Below, piece after piece: positions 62,396 through 64,000 of a stretch of DNA of 64,000 nucleotides. The stretch spans positions 62,001-126,000 of the forward strand of contig JBLWGC010000173.1 in the NCBI GenBank assembly GCA_048772705.1, given 5' to 3'. A model generated the notes under the pieces. The model was not told the origin of the DNA and did not search any database. It saw nothing but the letters and a program-made list of their open reading frames with translations. The translations under genes and the position numbers were made by a program. Every line of letters starts with the position of its first letter. Position 1 is the first letter of the stretch. This DNA is from Leidyana gryllorum EB-2025a. Its lineage: Eukaryota > Protista > Apicomplexa.

Positions 62396-62429
62396 CCAGC
62401 CTTGTTTTTTTCAGATCGCCAAATGCAAA

Positions 62430-63804
62430 TCAATGCCGAACACTCAACATCGCAGTTGTAATGAATGCTTCCAAATGGCACAGGTCTTTCACTCCTCCAA
62501 CACTCCGCGAAATCACCCACGACTACCAATCGGGTTGTACCGCACACAACACACACGTGAAGTCACTTACGTAATGCGCAGCTGCCTTGGCCACCAACCC
62601 CCGATGTCGGTCACTGGAACAACGCTGGAGCAACAGCGTCACCATGTACTGCTCACACAATTCAAACCACCCCGTGTGACGACCATTTCATCCTACTCAC
62701 CTCGAGAATAGTCTGCGCATCAACGCACGACACCATGACCTGTCCAAGCAGCTCTCTGATTTCAAGCGTTCTGAAACGAGGAAACAGCCGTTACACCCGA
62801 ATCACCTTGAACCTTCTCCCCCCAACACCGCTTCCCGTCACTCACGCGTTTGCAGCATTTGCAATGTTGACATTGATCACTTTGTCGGTGCAATCGCTCA
62901 CGTGCTGCTTCCAGATAGGCTGTATCGAAGAAACGGGAGGTCGGGAGCCTTTCTTGTTGTAAGCCATTTGACACAGAACCAAAGCAGCTCTCAGGTTACA
63001 CCTTGATGTTTGGACGATGTTTCTCAACAAGTCCCCATCAATCGAGTAGTGCTCCTTCTGGCACACATCCAAAACCACTTTCTGGACCTCAGCGGGTGAG
63101 GGAGCCGGTACCCGAATGCAGTAACAACGACTCTTCAAAGGAGCGATTATCTAGAAACGCAGCTGTGGACGGGCAGGCACGCTTCTTACACACTCACTCC
63201 TGATAGTCGTTCACAGAGCATCACGATACGTGTATTAGCAGTAAACTTCTCCAGAGTTCGGCGCAAACTCGCTTGAGCGGCCATAGTGAGGAGATGTGCT
63301 TCATGAATGACAAATACTACGCGACGACAATAAGAATGATCACAGCACCCTCGAAACTCACCCCTGTACCGCGGCGTTTCTTTCATTTGATGCTGAAACA
63401 AACAAGCAGATGGCTGCGCAGATATCTGCTTGATGACCAGCTGGATCGCCTGTTTGTCCCGTAATCCCAAGTCGCTAGCAAAGACTGTACAAGACCCATT
63501 TCACAGCTTCCCATTAGACCCTCAAGCTCTCACGGTCAGTGTGATATTGCGAGGATCGGATATTGAAAGCCGTTGATGAGTTTTCAAACTCGATCTCATC
63601 AGCTCGCGTCTTCTCCACAGAGTCCCCGAATAAACCTTTTAAGAGACATTTGATACGAGTCTCTTTCCCGGCTCCACTCGGACCATAAAGGATGAGATGG
63701 GGGATGTCCTGCTGTTTGACAAAACGTTGGAGGGTTGCAGTGATGTCAGGATGATAGGACAATTCGTCAAGCGTCTTTGGCTGATAGGAATCCAACCACA
63801 ACAT
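62430..63804 (-). CDS. RFC3: Replication factor C subunit 3 (yeast Rfc5-type)
   Basis: MLWLDSYQPKTL, IPHLILYGPSGAGK, AQASLRRTLEK, PLKSRC, NLRAAL and HLEAF; several short introns. Confidence 0.94.
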
Positions 63805-63879
63805 TTGAGATGGAGTCGTTCAATGTAAGAAAAAGGGAGCTCATAATGGAAAGTTTTGAGCAACAAGATGACACAGCCC

Positions 63880-64000
63880 CTAAGCAGATTGACCATCCTC
63901 TTGAGGAGCCTGTTTTTCACTGGTGCCTTCTGATTCCTCGCGCTTCTGGGAAGGTGAAGCCTCCTCAGTCGGTGACCCAGTCTCATCTCGGGCATCGAGG
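63880..64000 (-). CDS. 3' end of an upstream gene (acidic low-complexity tail)
   Basis: An open frame LDARDETGSPTEEASPSQKREESEGTSEKQAPQEDGQSA-TAG runs from the window edge. Confidence 0.5.
   Translation of the reverse strand, partial: LDARDETGSPTEEASPSQKREESEGTSEKQAPQEDGQSA

Overview
Eukaryotic nuclear DNA, roughly half GC, and extremely gene-dense. I model about 25 protein-coding genes with short GT-AG introns (most 37-58 nt, many exactly 42 nt). Intergenic gaps are often only 4-60 nt. The gene content points to an alveolate, most likely a gregarine-like apicomplexan (inference): Brr6/Brl1, a very large Slo-type K+ channel, a C2/DUF1765 protein, a Thr-rich mucin, secreted PH-domain proteins and a giant VPS13. 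Other recognisable genes are proteasome beta5, PP2C, an F-box protein, DUS3, an AA15-type LPMO, IMPACT, a CCHC knuckle protein, an LPLAT, ERCC1, a Nova-like KH protein, EME1, a CHTOP/FoP-like protein, an EDRF1-like protein and RFC3. Highlights: (1) a head-to-head pair of spliced, apparently secreted, Cys-containing PH-domain paralogues only about 33 nt apart and invisible in the ORF track; (2) a CACACGTGTG palindrome just upstream of four secreted-protein genes, whereas housekeeping genes have an A6-7 tract; (3) an intronless secreted copper LPMO with an unassigned 8-Cys C-terminal module; (4) prokaryote-like packing, including an 11-nt divergent gap, a 6-nt tandem gap and an ATGA stop/start overlap. 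All exon models were built by hand and need RNA-seq confirmation. I saw no rRNA, tRNA, CRISPR array or transposase.
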